Of a DNA stretch of 64,000 bases, positions 33,417-44,819 are shown piece after piece; position 1 is the stretch's first letter; every line of letters starts with the position of its first letter. Source of the DNA: an uncultured Verrucomicrobiae bacterium (GTDB taxonomy: Bacteria > Verrucomicrobiota > Verrucomicrobiia > Chthoniobacterales > JAFAMB01); NCBI GenBank assembly GCA_963782115.1, contig CAWAIK010000003.1:64001-128000 (forward strand), given 5' to 3'. The notes under the pieces are model-generated. The model saw only the letters and a list, made by a program, of their open reading frames with translations. It was not told where the DNA came from and did no database searches. The position numbers and the translations under genes were made by a program.

Positions 33417-33862
33417 TCAGGTCTGGTGCTTTTCCGAGAATTCCTCGCGAAAGTCTCCTGGCGCCCTGTCCACGAGACGCCGGAAGAAGCGGCTGAAATA
33501 GGCCGGGTCTTCAAAATTCAGGGCATAGGCAATTTCGGAGACGTTCATGGAGGTGTGGACCAAAAGGCGCTTGGCCTCCAGAAGAAGACGCTCCCGGATT
33601 ATATCGCCAGGTGTTCGGCCCGTCTGGCCGCGAATCATCGCCCCGAGGTGATCGGCGGTAACGTGCAGATATTTCGCATAATCCGAAACCGAAGTTGTCG
33701 TACGAAAATGCTTCTCCACAGCGAGACGAAAATCCCGTCCGATGCGGCTCTGCTCGCTTTCCGAAATTGCACGCCACCCTGTTCATAGAGGCTCCGGTAA
33801 ATCCGGGCGGCCGTGTAAAAAAGCAACCTGAGCAGTGCGCGGACGATGTCGTCACGCTCTTT
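33417..33862 (-). pseudogene. AraC family regulator, C-terminal fragment
   Basis: RLLLEAKRLL..VSEIAYALNFEDPAYFSRFFRR; frameshift near 33735; N-terminus absent. Confidence 0.85.
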
Positions 33863-33864
33863 CG

Positions 33865-34970
33865 ATGGAGTGAGCCGTCACGTTCGAGCAGGCTGTGGCC
33901 TTTGAGTTTGCGCAGGTCGTAGCGAAGTTGGTTGAGACCGTAGGCCTTTTCGGACAGTTGGAAGCTCTGGAGAATGACTTGATGAATGTGCTTGGCGCTC
34001 CAGCCGCCGAGATTATTGCCGGCGTGCAGAAGAACCTCCAAGAGCCGGATGATGCGGGTCTCATGGATCTTTATACCCGCGTAATAGACCGAGCCTGTCG
34101 TGATCGGCAAGGCCATGCGCTGCAGCAGAGGAAAGTCCACGTGGACGTTTAACCACTGGGCCTGGAGTCGGGCGAACCGATCCGTGATCGCCAGGAATTT
34201 GGTGCGCACCGCGTTCAAATTCTGCAGGCCTTTCTTAAGGGCAAAGTCGGAGAGGTTATTTGAGCAAAGTTCATTGCGCAGCAAGGTGCAGAACTTTTCG
34301 TACTGCTTCAAAAATGCATTCTTCCAGTAAGCACGGAAGACATGATGACCATGTTCAATCTGATCGATGACGGTGCCCAGTTTACCGCCCAGTCGCTTAT
34401 GGAGTCGCACGCCGAAGAGTTCCGAGATCCGGTTGGCAGTCAGTCGCCAAAGCCCGATCTCGCAGCTGCGCTCGAAAATCTTATGGATCGGGAAGTTGCG
34501 CTTGAAGATGAAGTTGCGGCAGTACTCTATCTGCCCGATGGCGTAAAAGCGCGACAGGTTGATCTGATTGCGCTCGGCGCGGGAGAACTTCGGTCCCAGG
34601 ATCAGTGTCCAGTAGTCGAGCTGCTTTTGAATGATCTGGGGACTAAGCCGATCGGCGGCAGCCTGCAGTGGCGCGACATCGTCGATGGCTAGAAATGCGT
34701 TATCGTTCTTGCGGAAGGCGACCTGGGCTTTCTTGAGCTCCTGTTCGATAAAGGAGTGGCCGTTTAGATAATAGGTGGCCTGAAAGGGCAAGAATGAGGC
34801 TAAGCGCATGACCATCGGTCCAAGCACTTCATCGGAAATGTAGAAGTAGTAGTGCGTGAAGCGGCTGCGTTGAGGCGCCAGGATCCGGTGGTTGGGGTCC
34901 TTGGTCGGATACTTGGGCACGCTGATCCGGAAGGTGGGCCCTTGTTCCATGCTCCTGAAAATGAAAGAAA
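33865..34970 (-). mobile_element. Doubly truncated gene of an unclassified putative transposase/replication-initiator family with C-terminal winged helix
   Basis: THYYFY..D..LGPM, YLNGH, IEYCRNFIF, LKQYEK...LRNE..SNN, YGLNQLRYDLRKLKGHSLLER. Resembles multi-copy proteins of about 520 aa often mis-annotated as MarR (from memory). Confidence 0.55.
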
Positions 34971-35300
34971 GGTAACTACCGCATTGAGGGCCGCGCATTT
35001 GTCTACATCGATCGCAAGTCCGGCCGGATCATCACGGTCCTTGGCTATCCCACTGCCAAAATTGCACAATTGGGCTAAATAGAAAAAACTGGTCCGCCGC
35101 CTGTCCGGCAAAACGCAAATCCCCGGGTCGCCTTCCGAACAAAGTCCCAAAAGCTTTTGCAGTTTGACAGCCGCAGCGAGGAACGAGCGAAGTGCTGTCG
35201 AACGCAAAATACCGTTACCTCCCAGCGCGGAGCGAAGCCTGATCAAGAGAGAAACGAAATAAATGTGCAGGGGCCCGCCTCCGGCGGGAAGGATGCCGTT

Positions 35301-36050
35301 GCCGGGTAGCGCCCCGGATTCCTCCAAAGGCGCCCCCACAGATCCGGACGCGCCCATTTCGGGCATCCGGTTCCTCGGATTTACGGTTTTGCTACCCGTT
35401 ACTATCCGCCACTGTCGCGTTAACACGTTTGTTGACGACTCTGAGTTCATCCCGTGTTTCCCAGTGGCAGTTCCGTAAACCGACGCCCCCCTTGGCTACT
35501 CACAGGCTTCCGCGGGTCGGTTTCCCTGCTTTCTGGCGCTACTATGAGGGCGCTACGACTTCCTCTGTCCTTTTCAACGGCCTCATTGCGTTCGGCCGTT
35601 AATACCTCTTGGTGCTTAGCTCGTTTGCTCACACCAGCCGCTAAGTCAGTTCCGGTGTGCCAGGTCGTTGTTCTACCAGTGTCGTCCCTTTTCTGGTTTA
35701 GTAGAAGAGGAGACAGGAGGATCTCCCAAGTTCCCAGGGAACCCTTGCGCACATTTGCCCTACTCTTAGACCCCGGCCGGACCATTGCGTTAGGCATTTG
35801 ACGCTCTGGTGCTGCTCCCGTGGACATAAAAACGAAAGCTCCAGCGATCTGAATATTTCGAGGCTCAATCACACGGCTTTTGTGCTCACTGCATACGCTT
35901 GATGCCGCCATCTCTGACGACTCTCCAATGCTTACTTCCGGACGGTTGCCACCTTTTCCGGGCGGGCCTCAGGTCCCGCTGGGTTCCTGCAAAGAATTTC
36001 CACTTTGATTAGCTCATCGTTTCCTTTCTTTCTGGATTTTCTTGGCGCTA
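35301..36050 (-). ncRNA. ORF-less group II intron (bacterial class E/F-like), 750 nt
   Basis: Minus strand: 5' TAGCGCC; EBS1 TATGTC in a stem-loop complementary to exon end GACATA; closed domain IV without RT; domain V GAACCGGATGCCCGAAATGGGCGCGTCCGGATC; domain VI with bulged A 7 nt from the end (ACCCGGC). Confidence 0.9.
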
Positions 36051-36532
36051 TATGTCGGATTCGACCTTGAGCAGGCGTAGCGCAGCGCTACGAGGGCTGA
36101 AGCCGCTAACCAAGCTACCCACAGGGAACGGAGAGAATTTCAGAAAATTTCAAATATGTTTGGTTAGGATTGAGGTGGATTCAAGTGTCTGGCTCTCGTC
36201 CTTAAGGAGGAGAGCCTTGGAGATACGTTGGACTTGTGCCAGACACATGGCTTTTACGGTCTCCATTTTAGTTAGGTGCCGTTCCAAGCGCAACGCGATA
36301 AAAAGGGTTCATGAAAACGATCGTTGCCCTCATCGGTCTGATCAGCACACTCGCGATTACTAACGCTCTCGCATGGGAACGGGTGCTGCTCGATACGCAC
36401 GGGACAAGTATTATTGTGACTGTGCCGATCTCAAGATGAGCCCTGTCCTGAGATGAAACGAGAACGGATTGACATTTTCAATCGGCAGCTGCAGATAAAC
36501 ATACCAACAAAAAGCGAGTTAGAGAGGATCGA

Positions 36533-36829
36533 ATGGCAATCACACCTGACTTCATGGATACCACGAGAATCCGACGTACGATGAGAGTTCTGCCGTACGA
36601 GGAAGGCAAAGCGGGAGCTACGCGTTACATCGAAGGATCACTCGGAGAATCAGACGAGCTCACGGACTGGGATTTATCTTTCGAGGAGTATATCGAGGAA
36701 CACAATAACTCGAAACTTTTGTTCTGCTGGTACGCGGAGTTGGTTATCAATAGCGAAATCGTTAGGCGCGGTGAGTTGGTCGTCCATAGCGGGACAGTCA
36801 AACGTAAGCGTCAGTACATTCCTCAATAG
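36533..36829 (+). pseudogene. Hypothetical protein, 3'-truncated paralog of 47093-47440
   Basis: MAITPDFMDTTRIRRTMRVLPYEE..NSKLLFCWYA; similarity ends near 36740. Confidence 0.65.
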
Positions 36830-37293
36830 TCGTCTGGCCCAGGCCAACCGGAAGGCCCGTCGCGATTGAGGTCAAGCTAACCACTTTTTAGTTCGAAAAG
36901 GTTCTCTCAGAAACAAAAAACCCTTCGGTTTGTCACTGGTGGCCAACTCAAAACCCGTGAAGCTCCCGGCCCCAGCTTCGACCTTATCCCATCTCCGTCC
37001 TGAAAGATATTTAAGTTAAAAGTTGAATGTTTTAAGCCTTCCGGCTTTTCGCTTGTTGCCCGAACGGCGGAGCTTCGGAAACAGACCGGCATGGACAATT
37101 TCGGTAGCTTTTATGGCACGTGCGCTTTTTGATTGGGAAACCGCAGAAATGGAAATCTTTCCTTTAATCCCCCCAGTAACGCTGGATCGTAAGGGCTAAA
37201 GCTTGTTTGTGGCAGATCTCCAAATCGTCGCGGCAAGACGCGGTGGGTACCACTCCAGAAGATCCTCGACGACATCCGCGCTGAGCGTCGCTG

Positions 37294-37560
37294 ATGAGCA
37301 TTGGGGTTCTTCGGCGCTGGTAAAGCTTTACGTGCAGGAGCTGGGTTCCGCGGAGTTCCGCGCGCTGCCGGTAAAGGCAAGCCGAGTGGCGACTGGGACG
37401 TTTACGCGGCATGAGGTGCGAACCCTGTTTCGGCGTTCTCCCGAGTGGCGAAGCTGCGGCGCTCTACGGCGAGTTGAATACGGATATTGCAATAGCCGAC
37501 ATCGTGATTCAACCGGGGCGATCTGCCGCCGCACGCTACAAAGCGCTCATCCGCGTTCGG
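37294..37560 (+). pseudogene. PIN-domain (VapC-like) toxin pseudogene
   Basis: W(G)SSALVKLYVQELGS..TRHEVRTLFRR..GVLPSGEAAALY across frames; TGATG overlap with an upstream frame ending PLQKILDDIRAERR*. Confidence 0.55.
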
Positions 37561-38196
37561 TTCTTTAAAGTTTTCGCGTTCACCAGAAGCGAATCGCGAA
37601 CGTATCGAAATCGCCCGTTTCCACGGATCACATCGGCTCGCTGTCCCGTCATCGGGTAATAAACAAATTTCGCGTGTCGTACGAATAATCATGCCAACTC
37701 CATTCTTTCCTTGAGTTATTAAGCCTATCATTTCACTCATTGGATCTCTACAAGCTGAAAGAGCGGTTATTAACGACCCAAAAGAAGGAGGCGTGGCCTG
37801 AGAGTTCGTTGCTTGCGATCCAATTTGTTTCTGCAGAACTTTGGTCGCTGGGCGATCCCTCGCCAACTTGTGGAGGCTGTTTGCTGGTTTTCTTCAGCTA
37901 AAGCGGCCCCCACGAACACGCGGCCTGTCTTCGGCCTGAAAAGTTCTGTAAGCGATCCGCGTATCTAACTGGCATCCGGGTCTCGTGCTACACTCGTCTA
38001 TCTGCCGGTGCTTCTCGCATCTCCGAGAATGCCGTTCTCAATTCTGCGTAGGATTGATACGTCGAAGAGAGGGACTAGACTGTAATTGTTTGTCTCCTCC
38101 TCTCAAATGTTCGATCTGCCAAATAATGAATGACGGCGGAAAACGGGGCGTGCGGCCGATCGGCGTTGGTGTGAGCCGGCCAACCGGAGGCTCGCG

Positions 38197-41100
38197 ATGA
38201 TTGAGCTTTCACGATATGTGTTTGAGACACTGCGTGAGGACGGGGAATTCGCCCTTTGCCGGGGCCGGAGCGACGGCGAACTACCCTCTATTCTTTTGGT
38301 AGCTCCTGTCTCGGAGTACCCCGCTCTGGGAAGCTTGGAGCGGCTGGAGCACGAATATTCCCTTAGAGGCGAACTTGACTCGGACTGGGCGGTTCGACCT
38401 CTCACTCTGGCTCGTCGTGAGGGTCAGACAATGCTTATACTCGAGGACCCCGGTGGCGAGCCCCTCGATCGGCTCCTGGGACAACCCATGGAATTAACCC
38501 GGTTTCTTCGCTTTGCGGTCGGTCTTGCAGCTGCGCTGGGCAAGCTCCGTAAGCGAGGTCTCATCCACAAGGACATCAAGCCGGCTCACATTCTGGTCGA
38601 CTCTGCGAGCGGAGTGGTCTGGTTGACAGGTTTCGGTATTGCTTCCCATCTGCCGCGCGAGCACCAGCCCCCCGAGCCCCCGGAAGTGATTGCCGGCACA
38701 CTGGCCTATATGGCGCCCGAACAGACCGGTCGCATGAATCGGTCGATCGATTCGCGAAGTGATCTTTATTCTCTGGGCGTCACCCTTTATGAGATGCTCA
38801 CCGGCGTACTTCCGTTCAATGCCTCCGATCCGATGGAGTGGATCCACTGCCATATCGCGAGGCAGCCAGCGCCGTCCAGTGAGCGGAGGGAGGGGATCCC
38901 TGAGCCGATTTGGGCGATTATCCTGAAGCTTTTGGCCAAGACCGCCGAGGAGCGGTACCAGACTGCCGCAGGCGTCAAGGCTGACCTTGGAAAATGCCTG
39001 ACAGAATGGGAGGCGCTCGAACATATCGAGCCGTTCCCGCTGGGTACGCACGACGTACCAGACCGGCTCCTAATCCCAGAGAAGCTGTATGGGCGTGACG
39101 CGGAGCGCGCAGTCCTTCTTAGCGCCTTCGATCGGGTCGTCGCTAGCGGTATTCCAGAGGTGGTGCTCGTGTCGGGTTACTCTGGGATCGGCAAGTCCTC
39201 GGTCGTCAACGAGCTGCACAAGGTGATTGTGCTGCCGCGTGGCATTTTCATTTCAGGGAAGTTCGACCAACACAAGCGAGACATCCCATACGCCACCCTT
39301 GGGCAGGCCCTCCAGGACCTTGTGCGGCAAATCCTGAGTAAGAACGAGAAGGAAGTCGGTTATTGGCGGGATGCGATCCGGGAGGCTGTTGGTACAAATG
39401 GCCAGCTGATGGTAAATCTGATTCCCGAACTGGAGCTGGTGATCGGCAAACAGCCGCCCGTGCCGGAGATTCCTCCTCAGGAAGCGCAGGTCCGGTTCGA
39501 TGCGGTGCTCCCGCGGTTCATTGGCGCGTTTGCCCGTAAGGAACACCCTCTGGCGTTGTTCCTCGACGATCTCCAATGGCTGGACCCGGCGAGCCTCAAG
39601 CTGCTCGAACACCTCGTCACTCACCCAGACATCCGGCATCTCCTTCTAATCGGTGCGTACCGCGACAACGAGGTCAGTGCCTACCATCCCCTGATGTTGA
39701 CACTGGATTCGATCCGCGACACCGGGCCGATCGTGCATGAGATCGTCCTCCAGCCTCTGTCGCTTGCCGACGTGACACAGCTCATCGGTGACGCCCTGCG
39801 CTGTGCGTTGGCGCACGCGCACCCTCTGGCAGAGCTCGTGCACGAGAAGACCGGCGGCAATCCGTTCTTCGCTATCCAGTTCTTGACGGCGTTTGCCGAG
39901 GAGGGGCTGCTCGTGTTCGACGCAAGCGTAGTGACCTGGACCTGGGACGTCGCGCGCATTCAGTCCAAACGCTACACCGACAACGTTGTGGACCTTGTGG
40001 CCGGGAAGCTAAACCGGCTCCCAGCCAGCACGCAGAAAGCCTTGCAGCAGCTCGCCTGTCTGGGCAACACCGCGGAGATCTCCACCGTTACCTTGGTTCA
40101 CGGAGAATCGGAGGTGGCGATCCACGCGGCACTCTGGGACGCCGTCCGCGCGGGGCTCATCTTCCGCCTGGAGGACGCCTACACATTCCTCCACGACCGC
40201 GTCCAAGAAGCGGCCTATGCGTTGATCCCCGAGGGCGACCGCGCGGCGGCCCACCTTCGAATTGGCCGAGTGCTCGCGTCACGGACGGCAGCGACGGAGC
40301 TCGAGGAGAAGATCTTCGAAATCGCTAACCAGCTCGACCGCGGCGTCGCGCTGATCACAGCACCGCAGGAGCGCGTGCGCGTCGCCGAGCTAAACCTCAT
40401 CGCCGGCAAGCGCGCCAAGATTTCGACGGCCTACGCCTCGGCGCTGAGATACTTCGTCGCCGGCTGCACGCTGCTGGCAGAGGACAGCTGGGAGCAGCGG
40501 TACGCGCTCACGTTCGGGCTCGAGCTCCAGCGAGCCGAGTGCGAGTTCCTGACCAGCGATTTCGCGGCGGCGGAAGAACGACTGTCGATGCTGTCGCGCC
40601 GCGCCGGAAACCTCATCGACAATGCCGCTGTCACGCGCCTGCAGACGGAACTCTACACCACCTTGGATCAGAGCGACCTTGCTGTCGAGGTGGGTCTCGA
40701 ATACCTCCGGCGCGTAGGCGTCGACTGGTCGCCGCACCCGACGAAGGACGAGGTACGGCAGGAATACGAGCGGATTTGGCGACGGCTCGGGAACCGACCG
40801 ATCGAGGCCCTTATTGACTTGCCCCCGATGACCGACCCGGTCTGCCGGGCGACTCTCGACGTTCTCACGGTGGTCGAAGAGCCCGCCCATTTCACCGACG
40901 AGAATCTGCGGTGCCTTGTCGTCGCGCGGATGGCGAACCTCAGCCTGGAACATGGCAATAGCGACGGATCGTGCGTCGCCTACGTCCACCTCGGCTGGTT
41001 TGTGGTACCGCGTTTCGGCGATTACCGGCCCGCGTTCCGCTTCGGCAAACTCGGCCTCGATCTGGTGGAGAAGCGCGGGCTGGAGCGTTTCAGGACCCGC

Positions 41101-44100
41101 GTCTCCCAGTGCTTCGGTTACTTTGTCAATCCCTGATCAAGGCACTTGCGCACCAGTGTTGAATTGCTGCGGCGCTCCTTCACCACAGCGCAGGAGGCCG
41201 GCGACCTCAAATATGCGGTCTATTCCTGCGACCGCTTGGTTACGTTTCTTCTCGCCGCCGGAGACCCGCTTGGCGACGTGCAGCGGGAGGCCGAGAACGG
41301 ACTCGAGTTCGCACGAAAGGCAAAGTTTGGTTACATCGTCGACATAATCGCCGGACAGCTCGCGCTTATCCGGACTCTTCGGGGCCTGACCCCGAGCTTC
41401 TCCTCCTTCAACGATGCGGAATTCGATGAGGGCCGGTTCGAGCAGCACCTGGAGGCCGATCCGCACCTAGTATTCGCCAGGTGCTGGTATTGGATCCGTA
41501 AGCTGCAGGCGCGCTTCTACGCGGGCGACTACGTGTCCGCCCTCGCGGCGGCATTCAAGACTGAGCCGCTAGTGCAGACGATGCCGTATGCAGGAATTGA
41601 TTTACCAGATCACTTCATATCATCGAAGGCAATCGGTCGGCCGGGAGTTTTTGAGTCGGCTGAATACCTTTTCTAGGACGCGCTCGCGCGGGCAGCACAG
41701 TACGACTCTGCATCGTCCGAGCAGCGGCCCCAGTATCGGGAGGCACTCGCCACCCACCACAAGCAGCTCGAGGCCTGGGCGGAGAATTGCCCCGAGAATT
41801 TCGGGGACCGCGCAGCACTGGTCGCGGCGGAGATCTCGCGCATTGAAGGTCGCGAGTTAGATGCCGAGCACCTATACGAAAAGGCCATTCGGTCATCCCG
41901 TGAGCAAGGCTTTGTCCAGAACGAAGCCATCGCCCATGAAGCGGCTGCTCGGTTCTACTTGGCGCGCGACTTCGAGACGATCGCCCATGCGTACTTGCGG
42001 AACGCCCGGTGTTGTTATCTGCGTTGGGGCGCCGATGGCAAGGTGCGGCAACTCGATGAACGTTACCCTGCAATCTCTGAACAGGCGTCCGGGCGTCCTG
42101 CCACCACGATCGGCACGTCTGTTCAGCAGCTGGACTTGGGGACGGTGATGAAGGCGTCGCAGGCGGTTGCTGGCGCAGATTGTTCTTGAGAAGTTGATCG
42201 AAACTCTCATGGTGATCGCAATTGAGCACGCTGGGGCCGAGCGGGGTCTTTTGCTGCTGCCGCATGGCGAAGAGCATCGAATCGAGGCTGAAGGCAGGAC
42301 CGGACGCCACAAGGTCGAGGTTCAACTACAACAAGCGTGACGCCCGCCGAGCTGCCCGAGTCGCTCCTTCGTTACGTAGTCCGAACTCAGGAGAGCGTGA
42401 TTCTGGATGACGCCTCGAGCCAGAACCTGTTTTCGCAGGACGAATATGTTCGTCAGCGGCGTCCCAGGTCAGTGCTCTGCTTACCTCTGGTGAAGCAGGT
42501 CAAGTTAGTCGGCATCCTTTATCTGGAGAACAGCTTGGCGCCCCGCGTGTTCACGCCCGATCGGCTGGCCATGCTGGAGATGCTGGCCTCGCAGGCTGCG
42601 ATCTCGCTGGAAAATGCCGGCCTCTACGCCGATCTGCAGCAGGAGAATATCGTACGCAAGCGAGCAGAGGAGGAACTGCGGCGCAGTGAGGGTTTTTTGG
42701 CCCAAGGAGAGAGGATAGGCCATACCGGCAGTTGGGGTTGGCAGGTTGCCACGGGGTTGATCTACTGGTCGAAGGAACATTTTCGGATTTTTGACTACGA
42801 TCCGGAAACCACCCTGCCCTCGTATTCGCTGTTCATGGATAGGATTCATCCCGAGGATCGTTTCTCGCTCGAAGAGATCCTCAATCGAGCAGTCCGGGAC
42901 AAGAGGGATTTTGAATACGACTATCGAATCGTGCTTCCGGATAGATCGACAAAGTTTTTAAGGAGTGTGGGTCAAGCCCTGGTTAACCCGTCCGGCGAGC
43001 TTGAGTTTATTGGCACGGTCATGGACATCACCGATTTGAAGCGCGCGGAAGAAATGCGAGCGGCCATGGGGCGCGAACGGGAACTGTTTGCGCGCCAGCG
43101 CGCAGCCGAGCAGGCGAAAGCGAACGAAGCCCTCCGGGGATGCCTGGATGCGCTGGCCTCGGTCCCCGAACTGGATGACTTCCTTGGGCAAGTGATGGCC
43201 GCCATCACTCGGCAATTGGATGCCGTCTCTTCGTCGTTGCGAATGCTTAACCTCGAACAAAACACCTTGACTCTGGAGCTCGTCTTTCAAGGCGGCCGAG
43301 TAATGTCGCCTGCCGAAGCGAGCTATCCGGAATCCTCGCGGTCCGTGGCGCCGGACGAACCAGGGGTCGCCACTTTTCTGGATCAGCCAACGACTGTCAT
43401 CCATATTCTCGATCCGCTTTCATCAATTGCTAAAGCCCAGCGCTCCTATCTGCTTGGACTGGGTATAAAGACCTTATTGATCATTCCTTTGAGCTCGGGC
43501 GGTCAGGTCAACGGCCGGTTAGACTTCCGTTTTACTGAGGAGCGCACTTTTGACCCGGAAGAACTCGAAATCGCGAGAGCCTTAGCAACCCAAGCCAGCC
43601 TGGCAATTCAACTCACTCGATTAGCGAAAACCGCCAGGCAATCTGCCGTTCTGGAAGAGCGAAATCGGCTGGCTGGCGAGATTCATGATTCGCTGGCTCA
43701 AAGTTTTGCCGGGATCTCGATCCAATTAGAGCTTGCCCTAGAGGAAATGGCTGCAAAGGAAGGCTGCCTCCTCGGCTATATTCGGCGCGCTTATGAGACA
43801 GCAAAGTTCGGCTTGGCCGAAGCGCGCCGATCCGTCCATAGTTTACAATCAAGTGTCCTTCGCGAATCAGGATTGGCCACCGTGCTGCAACGTTTGGTCG
43901 AACACTCGAATTTGGCGGGCCGGTTGCGTTGTGATTTTCGGTCCAACTCCATACCCGAAGAAAGATTGCCGGCCACGGTACAGCACCAGCTTTTACGCAT
44001 CGCTCAGGAAGCGATCAGCAACGCCGCCAGCCACGCCAAACCGACCGTCATTACCGTAACTCTTCGCTGGGATCCGCCCCATCTGATTCTTCAAGTCAAG
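38197..44100 (+). pseudogene. Ser/Thr kinase - AAA ATPase - GAF - PAS - GAF - HisKA_3 hybrid sensor kinase, disrupted
   Basis: HKDIKP, GTLAYMAPE, GYSGIGKS, LDDLQW, EERNRLAGEIHD. In-frame TGA at 41134 and TAG at 41674, frameshifts near 42180 and 42335, ATPase domain cut at about 44100. Confidence 0.9.
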
Positions 44101-44102
44101 CT

Positions 44103-44662
44103 ACACATCGATGACAGTAGACATCGAGATGCTATGGGACCAAAGCGCGGACCAGGATCAAGGTCTCCAGTGGCTGGTAAACGAATTGGCTGCCTCTATG
44201 GTGGATGTCGCGTCAGATTTGTCGATCGGCGGGGGTCCGGGGGTGTCGAAAACTGGCCACCCTCTGGGCATCCGGGTTGCAGCGAATGAGCTGCAGCTGC
44301 AAAGCGCACGAGATTAGCAGTGGTTATATCAAGGGATAGACTGAAAATGCAACCCAAACCAACAACAAAAGAGCGAGACGTGAACAAGACAACAGTCGTA
44401 GCATTGTTATTCAAGACGTTGCTTTTAGCGGGCGTGATACGCATCCTTGCTGTCGCTGGAGATTCCCTGATTGGCATCGTAGACACTGTTCGTGCTAGCA
44501 AAGACATAACATGGGTCCCACTGCGCCACAAAGATGTGGGCGCGTTTACATCCGGTACAAAAGCGACTCCAGCCAAGTCTTTCACACTAAGACGCCAGGT
44601 ACCTGAATAAATCTCAGTCCTATGCTGAATACCTTTCACTTTCGCAAGAGCAGAGTCTCTGG
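44103..44662 (+). repeat. Degenerate duplicate of lysR 3' end plus small ORF (53052-53492)
   Basis: MTVDIEMLWDQSADQDQGLQWLVNELAAS and TVVALLFKTLLLAGVIR..SKDITWVPLRHKDVGAF match the downstream copy at DNA level. Confidence 0.9.
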
Positions 44663-44819
44663 CAAGTTATTATACGCAATACACAAGAGACGGGCGGACA
44701 TTAACAGGTTCCCGTGTACGCCTGCCAGTTTGCTGGGAGCATTTACTTAAACTACAGGACCAGATAAATGCATCACACTAACAATGAACGAATCCAAAAC
44801 ATCAGCATACGGTGTCATG

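Noticed and set aside
31412..33514. Intact 700-aa RND transporter
   Set aside because: The first about 58 codons are unrelated read-through and both RND termini are missing.
33511..34998. Single intact 495-aa gene
   Set aside because: Chimeric read-through: the last about 120 codons run out of frame over the araC remnant.
35155..35209. Integron attC site
   Set aside because: The hairpin has an extra-helical base but lacks RYYYAAC/GTTRRRY ends, and no integrase is present.
34800..35911. ORFs 34800-35450 and 35447-35911 as intron-encoded or real proteins
   Set aside because: No RT motifs; they are chance frames across ribozyme domains, apart from a vestigial start at 35450.
41134..41676. Stop-codon recoding (Sec, Pyl or alternative genetic code)
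   Set aside because: Positions correspond to likely Trp/Tyr, the gene also has frameshifts, and TGA/TAG end normal genes elsewhere in the window.
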